A stretch of 64,000 bases of DNA from positions 6,578 to 70,577 of the forward strand of contig CAAFEX010000038.1 of NCBI GenBank assembly GCA_900762015.1. Direction: 5' to 3'. The stretch comes from an uncultured Collinsella sp. (GTDB lineage: Bacteria; Actinomycetota; Coriobacteriia; Coriobacteriales; Coriobacteriaceae). Positions 41,593-51,577 of the stretch are shown here, in pieces (the first letter of the stretch is position 1; each line of letters opens with the position of its first letter). The notes under the pieces were generated by a model that was not told the DNA's origin, searched no databases, and saw only the letters and a list, made by a program, of their open reading frames with translations. The translations under genes and the position numbers were made by a program.

Positions 41593-42165
41593 ATGAAACG
41601 TCTCGGCACCCTCTGCACGACCGCGCTCGCCATCGCAGTCTGCTCGTTCGCCCTGATGGGATGCAGCAATATCGATGGCAAAACCGGACCATCTGAGCCG
41701 AATCCCGGAAGCACCGAAGCTGCCGAGGAAACGACGCCACAGGGTAGCTTCGATAAAATCAACGAAGACGAAATCGATCCCCAGGGTCTGAGTCCCGACC
41801 CCCAAGAACAGTTCCCCATCGACCTTGAGGTAGACGAGAACGTCCATGTTACCTGCGTGGGCAAGGACACCGACGGTTACGGGGACGCCGCGCTCGTCTT
41901 TACGGTGTCCAACAACACCGGTGTCGACATGATGTTTGGCGATGTGGACTCCTATGCCTACGTCAACGGCGTGGTCCGCGACGTACGCATGCGCCAACCG
42001 GTCGCCGCTGGAGAGGAAACGCGCGCCATGCTCACCTTTGTGGGCACCTTCGACGATCCGGACTTTGATGTGGACAACGACCTCAACGACATCTACCTCA
42101 ACATTTGGATGTTCGAAGAGGCGACGGGCAACGTTTACTTTAGGGACCTGGTACACATCCCATAG
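41593..42165 (+). CDS. Hypothetical acidic lipoprotein
   Basis: AAGGAGG RBS; MKR plus hydrophobic stretch plus LMGC lipobox; Pro/Glu linker. Confidence 0.75.
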   Translation: MKRLGTLCTTALAIAVCSFALMGCSNIDGKTGPSEPNPGSTEAAEETTPQGSFDKINEDEIDPQGLSPDPQEQFPIDLEVDENVHVTCVGKDTDGYGDAALVFTVSNNTGVDMMFGDVDSYAYVNGVVRDVRMRQPVAAGEETRAMLTFVGTFDDPDFDVDNDLNDIYLNIWMFEEATGNVYFRDLVHIP

Positions 42166-42205
42166 AAGACGGTGCGACGCAATGATTAAGCAGGGCATAC
42201 AACAC

Positions 42206-42246
42206 AAAACGAGGGACGACCCAACCGGACCGTCCCTCGTCTTTTA
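42206..42246. terminator. Bidirectional terminator between lipoprotein gene and leuS
   Basis: ACGAGGGACG/CGTCCCTCGT stem with A/T tracts on both sides. Confidence 0.75.
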
Positions 42247-42269
42247 TGCGTCAGTTAAGCGCGCAGTAC

Positions 42270-44846
42270 TTACTTGACCACCAGGTTGACCAGCTTGCCG
42301 GGCACGCAGATGGCCTTGACGACCGTCTTGCCCTCGAGCCACTTGGCGACGGCGGCCTCGGCGGCAGCCTGCATATCCTCATTGGAGGCATCGCGGGCAA
42401 CGTCGACGCGGCCGCGGACCTTGCCGAGCACCTGGACCACGATCTGCACCGTGTCCTCGATGGACTCGGCCAGGTCGAACTCGGGCCAGGCAGCGGTATA
42501 GGCGTTGCCCTCGCAGCCGAGCGCCTCGTGCCACAGCTCGTCGGCCCAGAACGGGCAGATGGGGGCAAGGACGCTCACGATATCCTTGGCCACACCGTAG
42601 CACAGCGCCTTGTCGCGGGCGGTACCCTCGGTGGCGTTGAGGTAGGCGCTCGCCGCGTTGACGAGCTCCATGACGGCCGAGATGGCGGTGTTGAACTGGC
42701 CGCGATCGAAGTCCTCGGTGCACTTGGCGATGGTGCGGTGACGCTCGCGATAGAGTTTCATCGCAACCTCGTCGAGCGCGGACTTGTCAAAGGCCACGTT
42801 GGCGTCGCCGGACTGGACGAGCTGCCAAACGATACGCCAGGCGCGCTTGATGAAGCGGTTGGCGCCCTCGACGGCCTTGGGATCCCAGTCGAAGTCCTTC
42901 TCGGGCGGGGCGATAAACAGGATCGCCAGACGCATGGTGTCGGCACCGTAGGGCTCGATGACCGAGCTCGGGGGAACGACGTTGCCCTTGGACTTGGACA
43001 TGGTGTCGCCGTTCTCGTCCTTGACCATGCCCTGGCACAGCAGGTTGGTGAAGGGCTCGTCCACGCTCAGCAGGCCCAGGTCGCGCAGCGCCTTGGTAAA
43101 GAAGCGACTGTAGAGCAGGTGCAGAATGGCGTGCTCGATGCCGCCAATGTAGTTATCGACGGGCATCCAACGATCGGCGGCCTCTCGAGAGAAAGGCAGC
43201 TCAGTGTTGTGCGGATCGGTATAGCGCAGGTAATACCAGCTGGAGCAGGTGAAGGTGTCCATGGTATCGGTCTCGCGTTTGGCCGGGCGGCCGCAGACCG
43301 GGCAGGTGGTCTCGTAGAACTCCTTGCACTCGGCGAGGGTTTCGCCGGCGCCCAGGTCCAGGTTCTCGGGCAGCGTCACCGGCAGCTGATCCTCGGGCAC
43401 GGGCACGATGCCGCAGTGCTCGCAGTGGATGGCCGGGATGGGGTTGCCCCAATAGCGCTGGCGGGAAATGAGCCAGTCGCGCAGACGGAACTCGACCTTG
43501 CGACGGCCGCAGCCCATGGCCTCGAGGTCGGCCACGATCGCAGCCTCGCCCTCGGAGTGCTTGCCGCCGCGCATGCCAGTGTACTTGCCGGACTGGACGA
43601 GCGTGCCCTCGGCAGCGTGAGCGCAATCCCAGTCGACGGTCTCGGCATGGAAGGTATCGATGGTCTCGCCGCTGGCCTCGACGGCAGCGCGATCGTCGTC
43701 GTCCAGGATGATCGGCACGATCGGCAGGTCGTACTTACGGGCAAACTCAAAGTCGCGCTGGTCGCCACAGGGAACGGCCATGACGGCACCGGTACCGTAG
43801 TCGGCAACGACATAATCGGCAACCCACACGGGGACCTTCTCGCCGTTGACGGGGTTTACCACATAGCGGCCCGTGAAGGCACCGTGCTTCTCGAGGGTGC
43901 CCTGAGCACGCTCGACGGCAGAGATATGCTTGGAGTCCTCGACGATCTTGGTGACGGCCTCCTCGTACTCCGTGCCCTCGACGAGCTCGTGCAGGCCGGC
44001 GTACTCGGGAGCCAGGACAAAGAAGGAGACGCCAAAGAGCGTATCGGCACGCGTGGTGAAGACGGTGATCTTGCCCTCGTCGCCCTCGATGGGCTCGCCA
44101 TCCTTGTCGCACAGGGTAAAGTCGACCTCGGCGCCCTCGGAGCGACCGATCCAGTTGGCCTGCATCTGCTTGACGCGCTCGGGCCAGCCGGGGAGCTTCT
44201 CCAAGTCGTCGAGCAGCTCCTGAGAGTACTCGGTGATCTTGTAGTACCACTGCTCCAGGTCGCGCTTCTCGGGCTCGGTGCCGCAGCGCCAGCACTTACC
44301 CTCGGTAACCTGCTCGTTGGCCAGAACGGTCTTGCAGGTGGGGCACCAGTTGACCGGGTTCTTCTTGCGGTAGACCAGGCCCTTTTCCCACATCTTCTCA
44401 AAGATCCACTGACCCCAGCGATAGTAGTCGGGGCTGCAGGTCTTGACCATGCGATCCAGATCGTAGGAGAAGCCCATGCGCTTCATCGTGGCGAGCGCCT
44501 GGTCCATGTTCTTATACGTCCAGGCGGCAGCCTGCGTGTTGTGCTTGATAGCGGCGTTCTCGGCGGGCAGGCCAAAGGCGTCAAAGCCGATGGGATGCAG
44601 CACGTCGTAGCCGCGCATGCGGGCCTGACGGGCCATGGCATCGCCGATAGTGTAGTTGCGCGCGTGGCCCATGTGCAGGTCGCCCGACGGATACGGGAAC
44701 ATCTCGAGCACATACTTCTTGGGCTTACTGTCGTCGGTGTCGACGGCAAAGAGGTTGGAGTCCTCCCAGGCCTTCATCCACCGGGACTCGATGGCCTGCG
44801 CGTCGTAGGCAGGGATCTCGTCCTTATGATCTGTGCAATCGCACAT
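42270..44846 (-). CDS. leuS: Leucine--tRNA ligase
   Basis: [30 protein letters not shown] and TMSKSKGN motifs. Confidence 0.98.
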   Translation of the reverse strand: MCDCTDHKDEIPAYDAQAIESRWMKAWEDSNLFAVDTDDSKPKKYVLEMFPYPSGDLHMGHARNYTIGDAMARQARMRGYDVLHPIGFDAFGLPAENAAIKHNTQAAAWTYKNMDQALATMKRMGFSYDLDRMVKTCSPDYYRWGQWIFEKMWEKGLVYRKKNPVNWCPTCKTVLANEQVTEGKCWRCGTEPEKRDLEQWYYKITEYSQELLDDLEKLPGWPERVKQMQANWIGRSEGAEVDFTLCDKDGEPIEGDEGKITVFTTRADTLFGVSFFVLAPEYAGLHELVEGTEYEEAVTKIVEDSKHISAVERAQGTLEKHGAFTGRYVVNPVNGEKVPVWVADYVVADYGTGAVMAVPCGDQRDFEFARKYDLPIVPIILDDDDRAAVEASGETIDTFHAETVDWDCAHAAEGTLVQSGKYTGMRGGKHSEGEAAIVADLEAMGCGRRKVEFRLRDWLISRQRYWGNPIPAIHCEHCGIVPVPEDQLPVTLPENLDLGAGETLAECKEFYETTCPVCGRPAKRETDTMDTFTCSSWYYLRYTDPHNTELPFSREAADRWMPVDNYIGGIEHAILHLLYSRFFTKALRDLGLLSVDEPFTNLLCQGMVKDENGDTMSKSKGNVVPPSSVIEPYGADTMRLAILFIAPPEKDFDWDPKAVEGANRFIKRAWRIVWQLVQSGDANVAFDKSALDEVAMKLYRERHRTIAKCTEDFDRGQFNTAISAVMELVNAASAYLNATEGTARDKALCYGVAKDIVSVLAPICPFWADELWHEALGCEGNAYTAAWPEFDLAESIEDTVQIVVQVLGKVRGRVDVARDASNEDMQAAAEAAVAKWLEGKTVVKAICVPGKLVNLVVK

Positions 44847-44869
44847 ATCAGCTCCTTTAATCTTAGCTG

Positions 44870-44988
44870 GGGTCGGTCGGCTTGGCTTTATTCGCTACTG
44901 CGGACAGTCCTGCGCAAGACGAAGAGCACATTTAGTGCTCTTCTTTGCGTGCGGAACTTGTAGCGAACAAAGCCAAGCCGACCGACCC
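44870..44988. repeat. ~120-nt imperfect hairpin upstream of leuS
   Basis: Outer arms 44870-44898 and 44960-44988 pair at 28/29; inner stem GAAGAGCAC/GTGCTCTTC. Confidence 0.8.
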
Positions 44989-45022
44989 TAAGGTTAACTT
45001 GACTGATGATAGCAAATACGAC

Positions 45023-45058
45023 AAGCGAGATGCCTGCGACTTGCATGCATCTCGCTTT
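45023..45058 (-). terminator. Probable terminator after guaB
   Basis: AAGCGAGATGC/GCATCTCGCTT inverted repeat. Confidence 0.65.
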
Positions 45059-45105
45059 ATCTAAATAACGTGGTTGATACTCAACCTTTATGTGCAGCTC
45101 TTATC

Positions 45106-46617
45106 CTATCGATAAGACACAGACTGCTGAGAGTCTTTCACGACAACGTCGTGGGCGCCGCCTTCGACGATGGAGGTGGAGCTGACCAGCGTTAGGCGTG
45201 CCTTTTCCTGGAGCTCGGGGATCGAGAGGGCACCGCAGTTGCACATCGTGGACTTGACCTTGTAGAGCGTACCGCCCACGCCGTCCTTGAGGGAACCGGC
45301 GTAGGGAACGTAGGAGTCGACGCCCTCGACGAAGCTGAGCTTCGCGGCGCCGCCCAGGTCGTAGCGCTGCCAGTTGCGGGCACGCGCAGAACCCTCGCCC
45401 CAGTACTCCTTCATGTACTGACCGTTGACGTTGACGCGCTCGGTCGGGCTCTCGTCGAAGCGGGCGAAGTAGCGGCCCAGCATCATAAAGTCGGCACCCA
45501 TGGCAAGGGCGAGCGTCATGTGGTAGTCGTAGACGATACCGCCGTCGGAGCACACGGGCACGTAAACACCGGTCTCCTCGTAGTACTCGTCACGGGCGCG
45601 ACAGACGTCGATCAGCGCGGTAGCTTGGCCACGGCCGATGCCCTTGGTCTCACGGGTGATGCAGATGGAACCGCCGCCGATACCGACCTTGATGAAGTCG
45701 GCACCGCAGTCGGCCAGGAAGCGGAAGCCCTCGGCGTCGACGACGTTACCGGCACCGACCTTGACGTCCTCGCCGTAGTTGGCGCGGATCCACTCGATGG
45801 TGCGCTTCTGCCACTCGCTGAAGCCCTCGGAGGAGTCGATGCACAGGACATCGGCGCCGGCCTCGATGAGCAGCGGCACGCGCTCGGCATAGTCGCGGGT
45901 GTTGATACCGGCGCCGACCATGTAGCGCTTGTCGTTATCGAGCAGCTCGTTGGGGTTGGTCTTGTGGCTGTCGTAGTCCTTGCGGAAGACAATGCCCATG
46001 AGGTGATCGTTGTCGTCGACGATGGGCAGGGCGTTGAGCTTGTTGTCCCAGATGACGTCGTTGGCAACCTTGAGGCTGATGTTCTTGTCGCCCACGATGA
46101 GCTGCTCACGCGGGGTCATGAACTCGGAGACCTTCGTCTGGTGGTCATCGCGGCTGGGGCGATAGTCACGGCTTGTGACGATACCCAGGAGCTTGCCCTT
46201 GGGAGTGCCGTCGTCGGTAACCGGCATGGTGGAGTGGCCGGTCTTCTCCTTGAGCTCAATGACCTGCTCCATGGTCATGTCGGGGGTCAGCGTGGAATCG
46301 GACTGAACGAAGCCGGCCTTGTGATCCTTGACGGCCTTGACCATAGCGGCCTCGGACTCGGCGCTCTGGGAACCGTAAATGAAGGACAGGCCACCCTCGG
46401 TAGCGAGCGCGACACCCATGTCGACGCCCGAGACGGACTGCATGATGGCGGAAACCATGGGGATGTTCAGGGTGATTGCCGGCTTCTCACCGCGCTTAAA
46501 GCGGGTCAGCGGCGTCTTAAGAGAGACGTTGTTGGGGATGCACTGCGAGGACGAGTAACCAGGGACCAGCAGATACTCCGAAAACGTGTGGGACTCACCG
46601 GGAAAGAACGTAGCCAT
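45106..46617 (-). CDS. guaB: Inosine-5'-monophosphate dehydrogenase
   Basis: CBS pair, [13 protein letters not shown] catalytic Cys loop, SDGGI, YWGEGS, EGV. Confidence 0.95.
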   Translation of the reverse strand: MATFFPGESHTFSEYLLVPGYSSSQCIPNNVSLKTPLTRFKRGEKPAITLNIPMVSAIMQSVSGVDMGVALATEGGLSFIYGSQSAESEAAMVKAVKDHKAGFVQSDSTLTPDMTMEQVIELKEKTGHSTMPVTDDGTPKGKLLGIVTSRDYRPSRDDHQTKVSEFMTPREQLIVGDKNISLKVANDVIWDNKLNALPIVDDNDHLMGIVFRKDYDSHKTNPNELLDNDKRYMVGAGINTRDYAERVPLLIEAGADVLCIDSSEGFSEWQKRTIEWIRANYGEDVKVGAGNVVDAEGFRFLADCGADFIKVGIGGGSICITRETKGIGRGQATALIDVCRARDEYYEETGVYVPVCSDGGIVYDYHMTLALAMGADFMMLGRYFARFDESPTERVNVNGQYMKEYWGEGSARARNWQRYDLGGAAKLSFVEGVDSYVPYAGSLKDGVGGTLYKVKSTMCNCGALSIPELQEKARLTLVSSTSIVEGGAHDVVVKDSQQSVSYR

Positions 46618-46810
46618 GTTTCTCCTTTTTCCATGCGACCGGTCGGCTGCAGGCCTCGTAGGACCCAGCCCAACCTTGGGCGCCCAATACTGGGGAAGTA
46701 TCTTAACGCACTTTGACTGCTACAATGCATGATTTAAGAAGAGCACACGAGGGTTTGACGCAGGCTTTGCGTTTGCCCAGCAAACACTTTAGCGGAGAGA
46801 CGTGGAGCGC

Positions 46811-47155
46811 ATGGAGTACAAGACGACGGCAAAACTGGTCATTCAGTCGTGCGACAAAGATCTGCCGGGCGTGTTCGGCCACGGCTGCGTCTTGCTGCTG
46901 CAGGGTATCGCCCGCGAGCACTCGCTCAACCGCGCCGCCAAGAGCATGGGAATGGCGTATTCCAAGGCCTGGCGCATTGTGAACGAGGCGGAAGGCCAGC
47001 TAGGCTGCAAGCTCATCGAGCGCGACGGTGCCCGCGGATCCACCCTCACCCCCGCCGGCGAGCGAGCCATAGCAGCCTACGAGGAGCTGCAGGGCGACAT
47101 CAACAACGTCATCGCCACCAAAGCCAACGCCCTCATCGCCAGCATCAAAGAGTAG
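46811..47155 (+). CDS. Stand-alone ModE-type N-terminal winged-helix regulator
   Basis: FG.G...LL..I....SLNRAAKSMGMAYSKAW..GSTLT motif; no molybdate-binding TOBE domains. Confidence 0.85.
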   Translation: MEYKTTAKLVIQSCDKDLPGVFGHGCVLLLQGIAREHSLNRAAKSMGMAYSKAWRIVNEAEGQLGCKLIERDGARGSTLTPAGERAIAAYEELQGDINNVIATKANALIASIKE

Positions 47156-47195
47156 CCAATTTGGGACGGGGCTTTTTAGCCGGTCGGTCACCATA

Positions 47196-47273
47196 GATGA
47201 TTATTCTGGGACGGGGATTATAAAATCATTAGGTACATAATGATTTTATAATCCCCGTCCCAGAATAATCATC
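47196..47273. repeat. Perfect 36-bp inverted repeat with GGGACGGGG core, REP-like
   Basis: 47196-47231 is the exact reverse complement of 47238-47273; 6-nt loop; extra GGGACGGGG at 47163. Confidence 0.9.
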
Positions 47274-48258
47274 GAAGGGCGTTGTCTAGGGTGGCCGCTA
47301 CAACCAGGGGGTTGTCGGTGCCGGCGAAGAGGCGGACGGTGCTCCCCTGTTTGCCACGTGGGGCCGAAAGACGCGTCGTTGCGCCGCCGGCAGGCGACGT
47401 GCGAAACTCCCCCGGCAAAGCGTCGAACAGCTCTCCCGCGCTACGCTCGATAAGGTCAAATTCAACTGCCGGGCCAAAACCATGCTCGAGGATTCCCGTT
47501 GCAACCGCATGGTCGGGATGCGAGCTCAGTCCGGGAAAGCGCACGTTGCGCACCATCTCGTTGGCGGCCAGATACTCGGCCAGCGCACGTGCGCGGTCGA
47601 AATGTGCCTGCATGCGGACATCGAGCGAGTCCAACCCGCGCTCCAGCGCACCGGCCTCGTCAGCAGGCATATCAAGCTTGGCCAAGCCACAGCCCTCAAG
47701 CAGGGCATGCGCGCACTCAGCCGCGGCATCCACGCGATGGCGCTTGAGCTGCGAGCGCGCGGCCGATACGGCAACCAACTTGCGCGGCGCCTCACCGGCG
47801 AACACGCGATCGAGTGCCTCGAGCGACAGCACGGCACCCAAACGCAAAGAATCGCAGCCAAAGATGGAAGCCACGGTGTTATCCACCACGAGCAGCGCAC
47901 GTGCCTCGCGCGCCACGCGGCCCAGAGCGCGCAGATCGGGCACACGCAGACCAAACCCGCCGATGGAGTTGACGAACCACCACAGGTGAGGCCCCTCGGC
48001 ATCAAACGAAGTATCAAAGCCCTCGGACGCGGCGGTAAACACCGCAACCGACGGCGGGTCCACGAGCACAACGTCGCGGCCATCAAAGCCTCGCGCAAAC
48101 GCATCGGCAAAGTCATCGGCAAAGACCACCAGGCGGTCACCGGGACGCACAATCCCCAGCTGCGACAGCGCCGCCGGCACATGCGAGGCCGCAAGCAACC
48201 GCGCCTCACGCGCGCCGGCCCTTGCAGCCCAGGCCTCTTCTAGCTGCCGCACATCCAT
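47269..48258 (-). CDS. Divergent Cys/Met-metabolism PLP-dependent-fold protein
   Basis: LLVVDNT, GLDSL..RM..H...A..LAEYL and V.FPGL.SHPDH..A motifs of the cystathionine gamma-synthase/lyase family. Confidence 0.75.
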   Translation of the reverse strand: MDVRQLEEAWAARAGAREARLLAASHVPAALSQLGIVRPGDRLVVFADDFADAFARGFDGRDVVLVDPPSVAVFTAASEGFDTSFDAEGPHLWWFVNSIGGFGLRVPDLRALGRVAREARALLVVDNTVASIFGCDSLRLGAVLSLEALDRVFAGEAPRKLVAVSAARSQLKRHRVDAAAECAHALLEGCGLAKLDMPADEAGALERGLDSLDVRMQAHFDRARALAEYLAANEMVRNVRFPGLSSHPDHAVATGILEHGFGPAVEFDLIERSAGELFDALPGEFRTSPAGGATTRLSAPRGKQGSTVRLFAGTDNPLVVAATLDNALR

Positions 48259-48274
48259 AAGGCACCTTCCCTTC

Positions 48275-48315
48275 AAAACAAAAACCCACGGTGCGGGTGT
48301 TCCCCGAATCGTGGG
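48275..48315 (-). terminator. Terminator-like hairpin downstream of scrB
   Basis: CCCACG..CGTGGG stem followed by TTTTTGTTTT on the minus strand. Confidence 0.55.
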
Positions 48316-48353
48316 CAACGGCTGCAGTATAGCGCCGATATGCGACGAATCGC

Positions 48354-49886
48354 CTAGATGTTGAGCGCGTGGTAGGTCACATTCGCGCCCGGAGCGTCAA
48401 CGGTCACGCCATAGGTCTCGGGATAGATGCGCGTCGAAAACACGAGCGAGCCATCGTTCACAAACACCTCGACCGACGAGACATCGCCAACAATGCGCAC
48501 GTTACGAACCTCGTCGACGGGCTCCCAGCGCACGGTGCGACCACAGCCGGCAGAAGCGCGACCCTCATCGGTAAATCGCATCTCAAAGCGCGAGGGCAGT
48601 TCGCCCTCAGCGGGCACAAACGCCAGCTTCAGCTCGCCATCAACGGTCGCGGTGAACGCGTCGTCGACACCGTCAACAACAACGTCAAAGCAGGTATCAC
48701 CGGCAACCTCCAACGAGCCCTCCCCCACACGCACCGAGGCATAATGGCGCTCGATCTCGCGCGCCGGCTGCTGCAGTACCACGCCGCCAGCACCGGCTGT
48801 AAGCTCACGCGGCACCGTCATGCAGTGCTGCCAGCCACACGCCACGGTGGGGTCGTTGCCATAGGTCGGCTCATCGGGCATGCCCATCCAGCCAATCAGA
48901 ATGTGACGACCGTCCTCGGCCGTGAACTCCTGCGGAGCATAGAAGTCAAAACCGGCGTCCCACAGGCGGAACTCGCCCAGCTCATAGGCACCGTCACCAC
49001 CCGTAATGTCGCCCGTTACAGGCATGTAGCCAGCAGCGTATACGTTGCCGCGGTCCCAACGGCCGCCCTCGAGGCCCTGGGGCGAGAAGGACAGCCACTT
49101 CGCCGGTACACCGCCATCCGCCTCAAGCTCAAGGTATCCCGGGCACTCCCACATAAAGCCAAAACGCTCGGGCGTAGACACACGACTCTCGAGCTCCCAA
49201 CTCAGCATATCCGCCGAGCCATACACCAGGATCTCGCCCACATCGCGCCCGGCGCCCTCGCCGTGCATGACGCAAAATCGACTATCGACATGCGGACCAT
49301 CCACGCGGCGACGCGCGCCCAGCACCATGTGATAACGCCCGTCCGCGTCACGCCACACCTTGGGATCGCGCACATGGCAGGTCAAATCCTCGGGATAATC
49401 CTCGGAAGCCAGCACCACGCGCTTGGCGCCAAACGCCTGACCGTCGGTACTCTCCACATAGACGGTATCAGCGCGACGGCCGGTATTGACGTAGTCGTAC
49501 GTCCCGTCCGCATCGGAAAGCTTCACGTTGCCTGTGTACAGCACGCGAATACGGCCGTCCTCGGCAAGCGCGGAGCCCGAATACACACCGTGGCAATCGA
49601 ACGGCTCGTCGGGCAGCAGCGGGGCGCCAACGTAGTCCCACGTCATAAGGTCGCGACTCGTCGCATGACCCCAAGCCTTAACGCCACCCTCGACATCAAA
49701 CGGCGCATACTGAAAATAGGCATGGAACACGCCACCCGCCTGGCAAAGACCGTTGGGGTCGTTGAGCCAGCCCGCCGGCGGCATAATATGGAAGCGCTGG
49801 CCATATACGCCATGACCGCACTCAGAGGCGGCGGCGTCAACAGCGGCAACCAGCTTTGCAAGGTCGCGGCCAAGTGCATTAGACAT
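48354..49886 (-). CDS. scrB: Sucrose-6-phosphate hydrolase (GH32)
   Basis: WLNDPNG, YSGS, RDPKV, WECP and DFYAPQ GH32 motifs; adjacent to PTS gene. Confidence 0.93.
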   Translation of the reverse strand: MSNALGRDLAKLVAAVDAAASECGHGVYGQRFHIMPPAGWLNDPNGLCQAGGVFHAYFQYAPFDVEGGVKAWGHATSRDLMTWDYVGAPLLPDEPFDCHGVYSGSALAEDGRIRVLYTGNVKLSDADGTYDYVNTGRRADTVYVESTDGQAFGAKRVVLASEDYPEDLTCHVRDPKVWRDADGRYHMVLGARRRVDGPHVDSRFCVMHGEGAGRDVGEILVYGSADMLSWELESRVSTPERFGFMWECPGYLELEADGGVPAKWLSFSPQGLEGGRWDRGNVYAAGYMPVTGDITGGDGAYELGEFRLWDAGFDFYAPQEFTAEDGRHILIGWMGMPDEPTYGNDPTVACGWQHCMTVPRELTAGAGGVVLQQPAREIERHYASVRVGEGSLEVAGDTCFDVVVDGVDDAFTATVDGELKLAFVPAEGELPSRFEMRFTDEGRASAGCGRTVRWEPVDEVRNVRIVGDVSSVEVFVNDGSLVFSTRIYPETYGVTVDAPGANVTYHALNI

Positions 49887-49992
49887 ATCAAAGTCCTAAC
49901 GGATCGAAAGTTACAAGGCGCCAGAGATCGGCGCCAAATGCGGGAAACACCCGCGAGCATACAGCCCGCGGGCACCCCTCAATCAAAAGCTC

Positions 49993-51393
49993 TTAGGCCT
50001 GCTCGGAAGCCTTGGGCTCGTCCTTGTACAGGCCAAACGAGATGGCAAAGGAAACCAGCGCGGCGATCGCAAACATGATCGCGTACTGCACGGGCTGGGC
50101 CAGGCACAGCAGAATACCGAAGATACCGGTAACGCCCGTGCCGGAGGCAGCCAGCGAAGTGAGCGCGCAGACCAAGGCACCGCAACCGCCGCCGATGCAG
50201 CCGGCGATGAAGGGCTTAAAGAAGCGCAGGTTCACACCAAAGATGGCAGGCTCGGTAATGCCCATGAAGGCGGACAGGGCCGAAGGAAGCGCCAGACCCT
50301 TGATCTTGGCATCGCGGGTCTTAAAGGCAACGGCGAGTGCGGCGCCACCCTGAGCGATGTTGGCAGCACTGGCGATGGGCAGCCAGTAGGTCACGCCGTA
50401 CTGGGCAAGCTGGCCCAGGTCGATGGCGGTGTACATCTGGTGGATACCGGTAACGACCGTGGGGGCATAGAACAGGCCAACGATAAAGGAACCGATGCCA
50501 AAGGGCAGGGTCAGCAGAGCCTGAATCAGACCGAGGATGGCGTTCTCGGCCCAGACAAAGATGGGGCCGACGGCAACGAGCGTCACGAGTACGGTCACGA
50601 ACACCGAGACGAGCGGGGTCACAAAGAGGTCGAACATCTCGGGAACGATCTTGTGCAGGCGCTTCTCGAGGAAGGCCAGAATGGCGCAGGCGATAACGAT
50701 GGGGATCACGTGGCCCTGATAGCCGACCCACTCAAAGCTGTACACGCCGGGGATGACGGTGACCATGGTCTGAACGCCCTCGGAGGCAACCGTGTAGGCG
50801 CTCTGCAGCGAGGAGTTGATGAACGCACCGCCGACGACAGCACCCAGGTACGGGTTGGCGCCAAAGGCCTTGGCGGCGGAGTAGCCGATCAGGATCTGCA
50901 GAATGCCAAAGGACGTTCCCGAGACCAGGTCGGCGATCTTATAGATAAAGTTATTGGTGTCGAGCGCGATAAAGCCGTTGGAGGCCATAAAGTTGAGGGC
51001 GCTCATAATGCCCAAAAGCAGGCCCGAAGCCACGATGGCAGGGATGATGGGGACAAAGACGTCGCCGAGCACCTTAATGGCACGCATAAAGATGTTCTGC
51101 TGCTGCGCCGCGGCCTCCTTGACCTCGGCCTTGGTGGCAGCCTCGACGCCACTGAGCGCGATGAACTCCTCGTAGACCTTGTTGACGGTGCCGGTGCCAA
51201 AAATAATCTGCAGCTGGCCCTGGGCCTCAAAGACGCCCTTAGCGCCATCGACATTCTCGATGGCCTCCTTGCTAACCTTAGTGTTATCGGCAATCACCAG
51301 GCGCAGGCGAGTGGCGCAGTGCGCGGCCGAAACAACGTTGTCGGCGCCACCGATGTTGTCGAGCACCTCTTGGGCTGATTTGCGGTAGTCCAT
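49993..51393 (-). CDS. scrA: PTS sucrose-type transporter EIIBC
   Basis: HCATRLR EIIB cysteine motif, GITEPAIFG and multiple TM helices; no EIIA domain. Confidence 0.9.
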   Translation of the reverse strand: MDYRKSAQEVLDNIGGADNVVSAAHCATRLRLVIADNTKVSKEAIENVDGAKGVFEAQGQLQIIFGTGTVNKVYEEFIALSGVEAATKAEVKEAAAQQQNIFMRAIKVLGDVFVPIIPAIVASGLLLGIMSALNFMASNGFIALDTNNFIYKIADLVSGTSFGILQILIGYSAAKAFGANPYLGAVVGGAFINSSLQSAYTVASEGVQTMVTVIPGVYSFEWVGYQGHVIPIVIACAILAFLEKRLHKIVPEMFDLFVTPLVSVFVTVLVTLVAVGPIFVWAENAILGLIQALLTLPFGIGSFIVGLFYAPTVVTGIHQMYTAIDLGQLAQYGVTYWLPIASAANIAQGGAALAVAFKTRDAKIKGLALPSALSAFMGITEPAIFGVNLRFFKPFIAGCIGGGCGALVCALTSLAASGTGVTGIFGILLCLAQPVQYAIMFAIAALVSFAISFGLYKDEPKASEQA

Positions 51394-51449
51394 GACTTCC
51401 CTTTCCTCCAACGGGCGCATTTGCACCCGGCCATCTTTGACACTTACAC

Positions 51450-51489
51450 TGTAATCGATTTCAGTTTCATATGTCTGAAATCGTTTTCA
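51450..51489. promoter_or_regulatory. Two LacI-family (ScrR) operators upstream of scrA
   Basis: TGTAATCGATTTCA (51450-51463) and TGAAATCGTTTTCA (51476-51489). Confidence 0.8.
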
Positions 51490-51577
51490 TAGTAGGGTGA
51501 ACGGTAGGAAAAAGCCGGCGAATGGTAGTTTTACGGCAAAAACAGGCGGCTGAGAGGCAGGCAGACGTGCCCAAGAC

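Noticed and set aside
51464..51480. TTTCATATGTCTGAAA resembling the DUF134 CATATG box
   Set aside because: Left flank does not match TGRCATATG; it is the spacer between two LacI operators
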